Assembly: GCA_964393345.1 (NCBI GenBank)
Contig: CAYMTJ010000003.1
Coordinates: forward strand, 23,318-87,317
DNA: 64,000 bases
Reading direction: 5' to 3'
DNA from: an uncultured Anaerolineaceae bacterium
GTDB lineage: Bacteria > Chloroflexota > Limnocylindria > Limnocylindrales > CSP1-4
The notes under the pieces are model-generated. The model did no database searches, was not told where the DNA came from, and worked only from the letters and a program-made list of their open reading frames with translations. Both the position numbers and the translations under genes were made by a program. Positions 29,257 to 39,108 of this stretch are shown one piece after another; positions within the stretch are counted from its first letter, which is position 1; the number at the start of each line of letters is the position of its first letter.

Positions 29257-30624
29257 TCATGGCGATGGCGATCCGGGCAGGATGTTGAGGTTCGAACGGA
29301 ACCGGTTGTCGGGATCGTAGCGGCGCTTGACGTCCTGCAATCGAGCATAGACCGACGCCGGGTAGGCGGCCCGCGCTCGATCGTCCGCCCGGGCCACGAC
29401 CGGCTCGTCAGGCATCGAGTAGTTGACGTACAGGCCGCCGGTGGACCATTCGCGGACGCGCGCGGTCACGCTCTTCGACCACGCCGTCCCCACCGCATCG
29501 AAAGCAGGGTCCCGCCACATGCCGATCGCGGTCACGTGGAAGCGGGCGATACGGTGGCTGAAGGCCGAGTGGCCGGGATCGCGGCGTCGCGCGTCTCCGT
29601 GGATCGGTTCGATGAGGATCCCCGACAGCGGATCCGGGATGGACGACGCCACGTCCACGATGAGATCGACGAGCCCGTCCTCGAGGTCGGTCACGAACGT
29701 GGACGTCCAGTAGTTCCGCGCGCCGAACGCCTCGATCGGGTTCATCGACTGGATATCCAGATAGGTGCCCGACCGGAGGCCCGGATGTCGTCGGGCGTCG
29801 TGGCCAAGGATCGTCGCCGCCCATCGAGCGCCGTCATCGGACGACCCGACGAAGCTGAACTGGAGCTGGAGCATCGGCGTCCCATCGTCGGCCCGATACA
29901 CGAAGACCATGGGCAGGAGGGCGTCCGGAGCGGTCGGCATCACCGCCGCCCAGCGGCGGAGTGCTGCCCCGTCGCCAAGCGCGATATCGGCCTTGCCGCC
30001 GAACGTCGGGCCGACCGGATGGGCCGCCAGGTCGAACCGCGTCACCACGCCGAAGTTCCCGCCGCCGCCACGCAACGCCCAGAGGAGCTCCGGATCGCCG
30101 GCGGCCTCGACCAGCGAACCGTCGGCGGTCACCACCTGGGCGCCGACGAGGTTGTCACACGTGAACCCGCCGATGCCCATGAGGAATCCGATCCCGCCAC
30201 CGAGGGTCAGGCCGCCGACGCCCGTGTCGCCGAAGACGCCACCCGGCGTCCCGAGGCCATGCGCATGGAGCGCCGCGTCGACGTCCAGCCACTGGGCCCC
30301 GCCGGCCACGGAGGCGACGCGAGCCTCGGCATCGACCGTGACGGTGCGCATCCCGGACAGGTCGATGACCGCGCCGCCTTCGACGATCGCCAGACCGGCG
30401 ACGCTGTGTCCACCGCCACGGACGCCAAGGGGAAGGCCGGCGTCGTTGGCCCAGGCGATCGCGGTGACGACATCGCGAGGATCCGTCGTGCGCACGATGA
30501 GCCTGGGGCGATGATCCACCATCGCATTGAAGGTCCGCCGTGCGTCATCGAAGTCGGGATCGCCATCCACGATCACCGGACCGGTCACCGATCGACGAAG
30601 GCGTTCGAGTTCCGCCGTAGCCAT
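29257..30624 (-). CDS. FAD-linked oxidase (FAD_binding_4 / BBE-like oxidoreductase)
   Basis: Minus ORF 29257..30972 trimmed to ATG 30624 (MATAELERL). RGGGHSVAG, FAD-binding PCMH blocks, C-terminal BBE-like GGLYVNY...RLQDVKRRYDPDNRF. Confidence 0.8.
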   Translation of the reverse strand: MATAELERLRRSVTGPVIVDGDPDFDDARRTFNAMVDHRPRLIVRTTDPRDVVTAIAWANDAGLPLGVRGGGHSVAGLAIVEGGAVIDLSGMRTVTVDAEARVASVAGGAQWLDVDAALHAHGLGTPGGVFGDTGVGGLTLGGGIGFLMGIGGFTCDNLVGAQVVTADGSLVEAAGDPELLWALRGGGGNFGVVTRFDLAAHPVGPTFGGKADIALGDGAALRRWAAVMPTAPDALLPMVFVYRADDGTPMLQLQFSFVGSSDDGARWAATILGHDARRHPGLRSGTYLDIQSMNPIEAFGARNYWTSTFVTDLEDGLVDLIVDVASSIPDPLSGILIEPIHGDARRRDPGHSAFSHRIARFHVTAIGMWRDPAFDAVGTAWSKSVTARVREWSTGGLYVNYSMPDEPVVARADDRARAAYPASVYARLQDVKRRYDPDNRFRSNLNILPGSPSP

Positions 30625-30736
30625 CCGATACCCTCTCGTGGATCGCGCTGACGGTAGGATCAGGCCGATCATCGAAAACAAGCGACCTGCAAGGAACAGG
30701 TTTACACTGACCGAGGCCCGCCAGCGGACCCCGATC

Positions 30737-32734
30737 ATGCAGCATAGGAGTCCCGCCACCGTGCCGATCCTCCCGAACCTCCAGGGTCCAGCCGACCTGC
30801 GCGGTCTGTCCGAGACCGAGCTCGACCAGCTGGCGCTGGAGATCCGCGAGGCGATCATCGACACGGTCGCGACCACGGGAGGCCATCTCGGGTCGTCGTT
30901 GGGCGTCGTGGAGCTGACGATCGCGCTCCACCGGCTGCTGGAGTCGCCGCGCGACCGGATCGTGTGGGACACGGGGCATCAGGCCTATCCGCACAAGCTG
31001 CTGACCGGTCGGCTCGGGCGCTTCAAGACGCTGCGCCAGCTCGATGGGATCGGCGGGTTCCCGCGACGCTCGGAATCCCCGCATGACGTGTTCGATGGGG
31101 GTCACGCCGGCACGGGCCTCTCGATCGCCGAGGGCCTGGCCGAGGCGCGCGACGTCCGCCACGGCCTCGAGCGGATCGCGGTCGTCGTCGGCGACGCGGC
31201 CCTCATGAGCGGGCTGTCACTGGAGGCCCTCAACGACATCGGGCAGCGCCAGACGCAGCTGCTGATCGTCGTCAACGACAACGAGATGTCGATCAGCCCG
31301 ACGGTCGGGGCGTTCTCGAAGTACCTGAGCCAGATCAAGCTGTCGAACGCGTGGCGGCAGAGCAAGAGCGCCTACGACTCGACGGTCGAGCGGATCCCGG
31401 TCATCGGCGGGACGGTCCTGGAGCTCAGCCGGCGCCTGCGCAAGTCGGTGGTCAACTTCGCCCAGCCGGGCCAGCTCTTCGAGGACCTCGGGATCACCTA
31501 CATCGGCGCTGTCCCCGGGCACGATCTCCATGCCCTGCTCGAGACGCTGGGGGCCGCGCTGACGCAGCCGGGTCCGACGATCGTCCACGTCCGCACGAGC
31601 AAGGGGCGCGGGTTCCGTCCCGCCGAGACGGACCAGATCGGGTTCCACGGGGCGGCCCTGCCGCCCATGGCACCGCCGCTGCCCACCGAGACGATGGCCG
31701 ACGACGCCGCGCCACCGACCGCGGCCGTCGCGGCCCCGAAGAAGCACCCGAACTACACGGCGGTCTTCGCATCCGAGCTGATCGAGATCGCGCGCGACGA
31801 CCGGCGGGTCGTGGGGATCACGGCCGGGATGCCGACCGGGACCGGGCTGTCGCGGTTCCAGGCCGACTATCCGGATCGCTTCTTCGACGTCGGGATCGCC
31901 GAGCAGCACGCGGTGACGTTCGCGACGGGTCTGGCCATGGGCGGCATGCGGCCCGTCGTCGCGCTGTACTCGACCTTCCTCCAGCGGGCCTTCGACCAGA
32001 CCGTCCACGACGTCTGCCAGAACGACCAGCCGGTGCTCCTCGCGGTGGACCGGGCGGGGCTCGTCGGGGAGGATGGGACCAGCCATCAGGGCATGTTCAC
32101 CCTGCCCGCGCAGCGCCAGCTCCCCAACCTCGTGATCGCGTCGCCGCGGGACGAGCAGGAGCTGCGGTCCATGGTCCGGACCGCGTTCAGCCAGGACCAC
32201 CCGTTCGCGCTGCACTACCCGCGCGACGCCGGGTTCGGCCTCGATCCGGTGGAGCCGCAGGTCCTGCCGATCGGGCGCGGCGAGGTCCTGCGCGAGGGTC
32301 GAGACCTGTTGTTCGTCGGCTTCGGGCCGATCGTGGCACGAGCCGTGGCGGCCGCGGATGAGCTGGCGGGGGAGGGGTGGTCCATCGGGATCATCAACGC
32401 CCGGTTCGCCAAGCCGCTCGACGTGCAGCTGATCCTCGACGGCGCGCGCGGCAAGCGGCTCGTCGTCACGTTCGAGGAGAGCGTCGTCACCGGTGGGTTC
32501 GGCAGCGGCGTCCTCGAGGCGATCGAGGACGCGCGGATGACCGATCCCGCGCTTCGCGACGTCGCCGTCCGGGTGGTGGGCATCCCCGGGGAGCGGTTCG
32601 TGGATCACGGATCCGTGGCCGATCTCCGGCGCGTGCTGCGCCTTGATGCGACGGGTCTCGCCGCGCAGGTCCGCGAGACGCTCACGGTCCTCGACGCGGC
32701 GCCCTCCAAGCCGAAGGCCCGCTCCGGCCGCTAG
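30737..32734 (+). CDS. dxs: 1-deoxy-D-xylulose-5-phosphate synthase
   Basis: TPP-binding GGHLGSSLGVVELTIALH; GDAALMSG...NDN; transketolase pyrimidine-binding and C-terminal domains. Start ATG 30737; GTG 30761 is an alternative. Confidence 0.85.
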   Translation: MQHRSPATVPILPNLQGPADLRGLSETELDQLALEIREAIIDTVATTGGHLGSSLGVVELTIALHRLLESPRDRIVWDTGHQAYPHKLLTGRLGRFKTLRQLDGIGGFPRRSESPHDVFDGGHAGTGLSIAEGLAEARDVRHGLERIAVVVGDAALMSGLSLEALNDIGQRQTQLLIVVNDNEMSISPTVGAFSKYLSQIKLSNAWRQSKSAYDSTVERIPVIGGTVLELSRRLRKSVVNFAQPGQLFEDLGITYIGAVPGHDLHALLETLGAALTQPGPTIVHVRTSKGRGFRPAETDQIGFHGAALPPMAPPLPTETMADDAAPPTAAVAAPKKHPNYTAVFASELIEIARDDRRVVGITAGMPTGTGLSRFQADYPDRFFDVGIAEQHAVTFATGLAMGGMRPVVALYSTFLQRAFDQTVHDVCQNDQPVLLAVDRAGLVGEDGTSHQGMFTLPAQRQLPNLVIASPRDEQELRSMVRTAFSQDHPFALHYPRDAGFGLDPVEPQVLPIGRGEVLREGRDLLFVGFGPIVARAVAAADELAGEGWSIGIINARFAKPLDVQLILDGARGKRLVVTFEESVVTGGFGSGVLEAIEDARMTDPALRDVAVRVVGIPGERFVDHGSVADLRRVLRLDATGLAAQVRETLTVLDAAPSKPKARSGR

Positions 32735-32803
32735 CGGCCCCTCGCGGCGACGACACGCGGCGCGGATACGTCCCGGTAGAGCGGGCTGTGCGACGATGCG
32801 CGC

Positions 32804-33646
32804 GTGAGTCCGGCAACCACGACGCGAGAATCGGGCGGAAAGAACGCGAGCGTGCCGCGCGTGCGCCTCGATCAGCTGCTGGTCGAGCGTGGGCTGGCGG
32901 AGACCCGCTCGCGAGCCCAGGCGCTCGTGCTCGCGGGCAAGGTGCGGGTTGGCGCCGGGGACGGCGCGCGGCGCGACCTCAAGGCCGGCGACCTCATCGA
33001 CGCGACGGCGGACGTGCGCGTGGACGGGCCCGACCCCTACGTGAGCCGCGGCGGACACAAGCTGGCTGCCGCCCTCGACGCGTTCGGGATCGATCCGACC
33101 GGCCTGGTCGTCCTCGACGTCGGGGCCTCGACCGGCGGGTTCACCGACGCCCTGCTCCAGCGTGGCGCCGCACGCGTGTATGCGCTCGACGTCGGGCGCG
33201 GCCAGCTCGCCGAGTCGCTCCGGCAGGACCCACGCGTGGTCTCGATGGAGCGCACGAACGCCCGCACGCTCTCGGCGACGATGCTCCCCGAGGCCATCGA
33301 CCTCGCGACGGTCGACGTGAGCTTCATCTCCCTGGCGAAGGTCCTCGCCCCGATTGACAGCACGTTGTCACAGCAAGGTGCCATCGTCGCGCTCGTGAAA
33401 CCGCAATTCGAGGCCGGGAAGGGCCGGACCGACCATGGCGTGGTCCGCGATCCCGCCGTCCATCGCGAGGTCCTGGAACGGACCGTCGCCGAGGCCCAGG
33501 GCCTCGGCCTCGGCACGCGCGACGTGATCGCCTCACCCCTGCTTGGTCCGGACGGGAACCGCGAGTTCCTGGTGCACCTCGCGCACGGCCCGGGCTGTGC
33601 CGACATCCCGGCGAAGGTCGCCGCGCTGACCGGGGACCGCGCATGA
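32804..33646 (+). CDS. tlyA: TlyA-family 2'-O-ribose rRNA methyltransferase (hemolysin A-like)
   Basis: S4 domain (RLDQLLVERGLAETRSRAQALV) plus FtsJ-like MTase (VLDVGASTGGFTD); conserved position upstream of nadK-recN. Confidence 0.8.
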   Translation: MSPATTTRESGGKNASVPRVRLDQLLVERGLAETRSRAQALVLAGKVRVGAGDGARRDLKAGDLIDATADVRVDGPDPYVSRGGHKLAAALDAFGIDPTGLVVLDVGASTGGFTDALLQRGAARVYALDVGRGQLAESLRQDPRVVSMERTNARTLSATMLPEAIDLATVDVSFISLAKVLAPIDSTLSQQGAIVALVKPQFEAGKGRTDHGVVRDPAVHREVLERTVAEAQGLGLGTRDVIASPLLGPDGNREFLVHLAHGPGCADIPAKVAALTGDRA

Positions 33647-34488
33647 CCGTCCGTCGGATCGGGTTCGCCTACAACCCCACGATCGAGGCGGCCGTGGAGC
33701 TCAGTGCCCGCGCCGCCGGCTGGTGCCAGATGCGCTCGATCGATCACTGGCAGGCGCAGGCCGGCGACCTGCCATCGCTCCTCCGGGAGCTCCCCAGCAC
33801 GGACGCGCTGGTCGTCCTGGGTGGCGACGGGACGTTCCTCCGGGCGATCCGCGGCGTGGCTGAGGTGGACGTGCCGATCCTCGGCATCAACCTCGGGAAG
33901 GTCGGGTTCCTGTCCAAGGCCGAGGCGGGCGAGCTGGACCTGGTCCTCGGGCGGATCAGCGCCGGCGAGTACTCGATCGATGAGCGGATGGCCCTCGAGG
34001 GCCTGATCCTGCGCGACGGCCGCCCCATCGACGACATCCGGCACGTGGCCCTCAACGACATCGTCGTCGCCCGCGGCTCGCTCGCGCGGGTCTGCCGGCT
34101 GGACGTGGCCATCGACGACTCCCACCTCGCCACGTTCATCGCCGACGGCCTCGTCGTCTCGAGCCCGACCGGCTCCACGGGCTACTCCTTCTCCGCGGGC
34201 GGCCCGATCATCGATCCGATCAGTCGGAACCTCATCGTGACGCCGATCGCCGCGTACCTGTCGGCGATCCGCTCCGTCGTCGTGAGCCCCAGCCAGACCG
34301 TGCGCTGCCGGGTCGTCGACGCGCACGAGGCCCTCGTGTCCGTGGACGGGCGCGAGGACATCGCGATCCAGGTCGGCGACGTCGTCGAGGTTCGCGCGGT
34401 CGCGCGGCCGATCCGACTCATCGAACCCACCGGCGCGCAGCCCTTCTGGGACCTGCTCCGCCACAAGGTCGCCCTGCTGCCGTCGTGA
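33643..34488 (+). CDS. nadK: NAD kinase
   Basis: GGDGTFLRA, NLGKVGFL, SSPTGSTGYSFSAGGPI; ATGA overlap with tlyA. Confidence 0.9.
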   Translation: MTVRRIGFAYNPTIEAAVELSARAAGWCQMRSIDHWQAQAGDLPSLLRELPSTDALVVLGGDGTFLRAIRGVAEVDVPILGINLGKVGFLSKAEAGELDLVLGRISAGEYSIDERMALEGLILRDGRPIDDIRHVALNDIVVARGSLARVCRLDVAIDDSHLATFIADGLVVSSPTGSTGYSFSAGGPIIDPISRNLIVTPIAAYLSAIRSVVVSPSQTVRCRVVDAHEALVSVDGREDIAIQVGDVVEVRAVARPIRLIEPTGAQPFWDLLRHKVALLPS

Positions 34489-36182
34489 GCGGGCGTCTCC
34501 TCGAACTGACCGTCACCGATCTCGCGCTGCTGGAGCGCCTGCGGCTCACGCTCGAACCTGGCTTCAACGTCATCACCGGCGAGACCGGAGCAGGGAAGAG
34601 CCTGCTGATCGATGCGCTCGGACTGGCGCTCGGGGCGCGCGCGGACACGTCCCTGGTGCGGCACGGGGCCGAGACCGCGCGCGTCGAGGCGCTCTTCGAC
34701 CGGGTGCCGGAGCCGCTGATCGCCGTCCGCGAGGTCACGGCGGGGGGCCGCTCCACCGCCCGCATCGACGATGAGACCGTGACCGCCGCCCGGCTCGCCG
34801 AGGAGGTCGGCCCGCTCGTCGAGATCCACGGGCAGCACGACCAGCAGCACCTGCTCGATGAGCGCTGGCAGCGCGACCTGCTCGACGGCCTCGGTGGACA
34901 CGGGCCGCTGCGTGACGAGACGGCCCGTGCCGTCGCGGCCTGGCGGGCGAATCGGACCGCGCTGGCGGAGCTCATCGCCGAACCGCGCGAGCTCGCCCGC
35001 CGCCTCGACCTGCTCCGCTACGAGGCCGACGAGATCGCCGCGGCCCGGATCCGGCCCGGCGAGGCGGACGAGATCCGTGGCCGGCTCACCGCCGCTCAGC
35101 ACGGCGAGGCGATCGCCCGGGGCGCCACGACGCTCCACGACGCGCTCGTGGCCGATGACGGCGGGGCCCGCGAGGACGTCGCAGTCGCCCTGCGCGAGGC
35201 GCGCGCGCTCGCCAGGCTGGATCCACGGTTCGAATCGATCGCCGAGCGCCTGGCCGGGCTCGAGGCCGAACTGGCCGATGCCGCCGCCGAGGCGCGCTCG
35301 CTGGCGGACGGCATCGATCACGACCCGACCGCCCTCGCGGCGATGGAGGAGCGTCTCGGGCTGATCTACGCGCTCGAGCGCCGCTACGGCGACGACGAGA
35401 CCGCGGTGCTCGCGCACGGCGAACGCGTGACGGCCGAGATCGAGCGGCTCTCCGGTCTCGATGAGGAACGCGCCCGACGGGACGCCGATGACATCCGGCT
35501 CCTGGCGGAGGTCGAAGCCGCGGCGAGCGCCTTGTCGGAGGCCCGTCGGGCCGCGGCGGTCACGATGGCGGGCGCGGTCGAGGCGGCGCTCATCGACCTC
35601 GGGTTCCCGCCGGGCGTCTTCGAGGTGCTGGTCGGGCGTCGCCCGGCCGCGCCGGATGAGCCCGCGGTCGAGATCGATGGTGACGCCGTCGCCTTCGATG
35701 CGGCCGGCGTGGACCAGGTCGTCTACCGCCTCGCCCCCAACCCCGGCGAGCCGGCCCGGCCGCTGGCGCGCATCGCGTCGGGCGGGGAGCTGTCGCGCGT
35801 CGCGCTGGCGATCAAGCAGGTCGTCGCCGAGGCCGATGCCACGCCCACGCTCGTCTTCGATGAGGTCGACACAGGGATCGGCGGCCGCAGCGCGGACCCG
35901 GTCGGGCGCAGCCTGTGGGCCCTGGCGCGCCGCCATCAGGTCCTGTGCGTCACGCACCTCCCCCAGATCGCGGCCCACGCGGACGCCCAGTTCCGCATCG
36001 TCAAGCGGGAACGGGATGGCCGCACGATCACCGAGGTGGAGCGCCTGGACCACGAGGGACGCATCGTGGAGCTGGCCCAGATGCTGGGGAGCGGCGGCGA
36101 GGCCGCGGCCGGGCTCGCCGCGGCACGTGAGCTGCTCGATCGGGCCGCGGCCTGGCGCGGCGAGGTGGCGACGGCCGGCTGA
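34485..36182 (+). CDS. recN: DNA repair protein RecN
   Basis: Walker A GETGAGKS, coiled-coil middle, C-terminal signature and Walker B (LVFDEVDTGIGG); overlaps the nadK stop. Confidence 0.9.
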   Translation: MSGRLLELTVTDLALLERLRLTLEPGFNVITGETGAGKSLLIDALGLALGARADTSLVRHGAETARVEALFDRVPEPLIAVREVTAGGRSTARIDDETVTAARLAEEVGPLVEIHGQHDQQHLLDERWQRDLLDGLGGHGPLRDETARAVAAWRANRTALAELIAEPRELARRLDLLRYEADEIAAARIRPGEADEIRGRLTAAQHGEAIARGATTLHDALVADDGGAREDVAVALREARALARLDPRFESIAERLAGLEAELADAAAEARSLADGIDHDPTALAAMEERLGLIYALERRYGDDETAVLAHGERVTAEIERLSGLDEERARRDADDIRLLAEVEAAASALSEARRAAAVTMAGAVEAALIDLGFPPGVFEVLVGRRPAAPDEPAVEIDGDAVAFDAAGVDQVVYRLAPNPGEPARPLARIASGGELSRVALAIKQVVAEADATPTLVFDEVDTGIGGRSADPVGRSLWALARRHQVLCVTHLPQIAAHADAQFRIVKRERDGRTITEVERLDHEGRIVELAQMLGSGGEAAAGLAAARELLDRAAAWRGEVATAG

Positions 36183-36206
36183 GGCCGGCACCGTCGGAGG
36201 AGCCCC

Positions 36207-37154
36207 ATGGCCAGCGTCCCATCACTCGAGGCCGTGATCGAGGACTACCTCGGGTACCTGCGGGTCGAGCGCGGGCTCGCGGCAGCCACGATCCGTGCGT
36301 ACCGCGGCGATCTCGCGGACTTCGCCCGCGCCCAGCGGACCGACGCATCGTGGGGACGGTCCCCGGAACCGGTGGTCGACTACCTCTCCACGCGGGCCAG
36401 GCGCGGTCAGCCGGGCGACCCGGGTCTCGCGCCGACGAGCCTGCGCCGCCGTGCCGCGGCCCTGAAGGGCTTCTACCGGTTCGCGTTCGGCGAGGGGTTG
36501 ATCCCGACCGACGTCGCCGCGCACCTCGATCTCCCGCGCCAGTCGCGCCTGCTGCCCGAGACCCTCACGATCGAGGAGACCGAACGCCTGCTCGACGCCG
36601 CCGGGGGCGACGACCCCGATGCCCCGGAGCCCGACCGCCGACTCCGCGAGCGTGCGCTCCTCGAGCTCCTCTATGCCGCGGGCCTCCGGATCAGCGAGGC
36701 GCTTCGTCTCGACGCCGAGGACCTCTCCGACGACGGGGGCTACGTGCGGGTCATCGGCAAGGGTGACAAGGAACGTCTCGTTCCCGTCGGCGAGATCGCG
36801 CTCGACTGGCTGCGCCGCTGGATGGACGGGCCGCGCCCGAGGCTGCTCGCGCTCAGCCACGTTCGCCCGACCCGCGGCGGGCCGGTCTTCGTCTCGGACC
36901 GCGGTCGACGGCTGGCCAGGCAGCAGGCGTGGGCGGCCGTGAAAGCCGCGGCGGGCCGGGCCGGGCTCGGGGAGCGGGTCAGTCCCCACACGCTGCGCCA
37001 CTCGTTCGCGACCCACCTGCTCGACGGTGGCGCCGACCTGCGCATCGTCCAGGAGTTGCTGGGACATGCGAGTATCTCCACCACGCAGCTCTACACGCAC
37101 GTGACCGGCGAGCGGATCCGGGACGTCTACAGCCGGGCCCACCCGCGGGCCTGA
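36207..37154 (+). CDS. xerD: Tyrosine recombinase XerD/XerC (chromosome dimer resolution)
   Basis: SAM-like N-domain; catalytic R..HxxR..Y (ARQQ..., HTLRHSFATHLL, LGHASISTTQLYTHV). Sits in the conserved recN-xerD core neighbourhood, so it is chromosomal rather than a mobile-element integrase. Confidence 0.8.
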   Translation: MASVPSLEAVIEDYLGYLRVERGLAAATIRAYRGDLADFARAQRTDASWGRSPEPVVDYLSTRARRGQPGDPGLAPTSLRRRAAALKGFYRFAFGEGLIPTDVAAHLDLPRQSRLLPETLTIEETERLLDAAGGDDPDAPEPDRRLRERALLELLYAAGLRISEALRLDAEDLSDDGGYVRVIGKGDKERLVPVGEIALDWLRRWMDGPRPRLLALSHVRPTRGGPVFVSDRGRRLARQQAWAAVKAAAGRAGLGERVSPHTLRHSFATHLLDGGADLRIVQELLGHASISTTQLYTHVTGERIRDVYSRAHPRA

Positions 37155-37173
37155 ACGAGGAGGTACGGAGCAG

Positions 37174-37959
37174 ATGGGATTCGCGGATTCGCTGCTGTCG
37201 ACCGGCGAGCGGGTCATCCACCGCGAGAAGCAGCACTGGTTCGTCTTCCTGTGGGGCGCGCGACTGACCCTCGCCGCGGCCGTGGTGGCGATCGTGGTCA
37301 TGATCGTGGTCAGCGGGATGGCCCAGCAGGGCTTGAGCGGGACGGTGCGCGACGTCCTCGGCTGGGTCACCGTCGTCCTGCTCGTGGGGGCGCTCCTGAA
37401 CCTGGGCTGGACGATCCTGCGCTACATCAACCAGGAGTACCTGATCACCAACCGGCGGGTCCTCCAGGTGTCCGGTGTCCTGAACAAGTCGTCCACGGAC
37501 AGTTCGCTCGAGAAGATCAACGATGCGGTGCTGACCCAGTCCATCTTCGGCCGCATCTTCGGCTTCGGTGACCTCGACGTGCTCACGGCGGCCGACGTCG
37601 GCATCGACCGCTTCAAGATGATCGTGGACCCGATCGGGTTCAAGAAGGCGATGCTTGACGCCAAGCACGAGTTCGAGGTGGACCTGGAGCGCCAGGGCTG
37701 GGCCCCCGGCCCGCCGGTCCGCGCGGCGGCGTCGAGTGGGTCGTCGGACGACGGCAGCGACGCGAACACCGCGACGACCTTCGCGCCGCCGGGGCCGTCG
37801 GCCATGCCCGCGGCACCCACCGCGGCCACGTCGCCACGCGACCTGTCGCCCGATGAGTTGACGCGGACGCTGTCCAATCTCGCGGACCTGCGCGACCGAG
37901 GCGCGATCACGCTCGAGGAGTACGAGGCCAAGAAGGACGAACTCCTCGGTCGGCTGTAG
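37174..37959 (+). CDS. Bacterial PH-domain (bPH_2/YdbT-like) membrane protein with C-terminal SHOCT domain
   Basis: Two TM helices then YLITNRRVLQVSG...DLDV pattern of bPH_2; Ser/Ala/Pro-rich linker; C-terminal LADLRDRGAITLEEYEAKKDELLGRL matches SHOCT. Confidence 0.6.
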   Translation: MGFADSLLSTGERVIHREKQHWFVFLWGARLTLAAAVVAIVVMIVVSGMAQQGLSGTVRDVLGWVTVVLLVGALLNLGWTILRYINQEYLITNRRVLQVSGVLNKSSTDSSLEKINDAVLTQSIFGRIFGFGDLDVLTAADVGIDRFKMIVDPIGFKKAMLDAKHEFEVDLERQGWAPGPPVRAAASSGSSDDGSDANTATTFAPPGPSAMPAAPTAATSPRDLSPDELTRTLSNLADLRDRGAITLEEYEAKKDELLGRL

Positions 37960-38006
37960 ACGATGGCCGCGGCTACCATACGCAGGTCCCGCTGCCTGAG
38001 GTCCTC

Positions 38007-38639
38007 GTGTTCGAACTGACGTCCGACAAGATCATCCTGATCGCGTTCTTCCTGCTGGTCGGGTTCCCGGTCCACGAGTTCGCGCACGCGTTCGTCGCCT
38101 ATCGCCTGGGCGACGGCACGGCCAAGATGTTCGGGCGGCTGACGCTCAACCCGGCCGTCCACTTCGACCCGCTCGGCGGCCTGATGCTGGCGGCTTCGGT
38201 CCTGGCCGGCGGGTTCGCGTTCGGCTGGGCCAAGCCCACCCCGGTGAACCCGAGCAACCTGCGCGACCGTCGCAACGGAGAGGTGCTGGTCGCGCTCGCG
38301 GGGCCGGCGTCGAACCTGATCATGGCCGCCGTCATGGCCGTTGTCTTCCGGATCCTGCTGGAGACCGATTTCTTCATCTCGGCGCCGGACATCGTGTTCC
38401 AGGTGATCTTCTACTTCGTCGCCTACAACGTGGTCCTGGCCGTCTTCAACCTGCTGCCGATCCCGCCACTGGATGGTTCGAGCCTCCTGTTCCGTCTCCT
38501 GCCGCTGCAGTACGCGTGGCAGGTCCGGCCGTTCCTCCAGCAGTACGGGATCTTCATCCTGATCGCCTTCATCTTCCTGGGGGGTCCCATCATCGGGCCG
38601 ATCATCAGTGGCATCACCGGCTTCCTTCTGGGGATCTAA
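38007..38639 (+). CDS. Site-2 protease family (M50) membrane metalloprotease, short form
   Basis: HEFAHAF (HExxH) in the first TM; conserved LNPAVHFDPLGG and NLLPIPPLDG (LDG motif). Confidence 0.75.
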   Translation: MFELTSDKIILIAFFLLVGFPVHEFAHAFVAYRLGDGTAKMFGRLTLNPAVHFDPLGGLMLAASVLAGGFAFGWAKPTPVNPSNLRDRRNGEVLVALAGPASNLIMAAVMAVVFRILLETDFFISAPDIVFQVIFYFVAYNVVLAVFNLLPIPPLDGSSLLFRLLPLQYAWQVRPFLQQYGIFILIAFIFLGGPIIGPIISGITGFLLGI

Positions 38640-39108
38640 GGTCCGCCAGTTCCGGGCACACGTCCTGGCTCGCGTCGAGCCGGGCGAGCGAGCCGGACTG
38701 GTGGCCTGGACGACCCCGGCCCAGCTGGCGCTCTTCGACTCCATGCACGTGGCGGATCGTCGTCATGGTCTCGACGTCGTCCGGGCGCTCCGGGCGGAGG
38801 GACTCAGCGACCCCGATCTGCTGCTTGCCGGGCTCCTCCACGATGCGGGCAAGGGACGGACCGGCGTCTGGCCGCGAGTGGCGTACGCGCTGGGTCAGCA
38901 GTACGGCGCATGGATCTGGCGGGTCGCCGGACGCGTGCCGCGGTTCGGTGCCGCGCTCGAGACGCTCCATCGACATGCCGAGACGTCGGCCCGGATGGCG
39001 GGCGACGCCGGATGCTCACCCCGGACCGTGGAGCTGATCCGCTGGCAGGACGCGCCGCGCGACGCCGAGTTCGGCGAACGACTACGCGTCGCGGACGACG
39101 CGAACTGA
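38608..39108 (+). CDS. HD-domain-like hypothetical protein
   Basis: H...HVADRRHG...LLHDAGK pattern suggests an HD phosphohydrolase fold. ATG 38608 overlaps the M50 gene by 32 nt; an in-frame GTG near 38701 is an alternative start. Confidence 0.45.
   Translation: MASPASFWGSKVRQFRAHVLARVEPGERAGLVAWTTPAQLALFDSMHVADRRHGLDVVRALRAEGLSDPDLLLAGLLHDAGKGRTGVWPRVAYALGQQYGAWIWRVAGRVPRFGAALETLHRHAETSARMAGDAGCSPRTVELIRWQDAPRDAEFGERLRVADDAN

Noticed and set aside
36207-37154. Tyrosine recombinase as a mobile-element integrase
   Set aside because: It lies in the conserved tlyA-nadK-recN-xerD core block with Xer-type length and motifs. There are no flanking att repeats or phage/IS genes, so it is called as chromosomal XerD/XerC.
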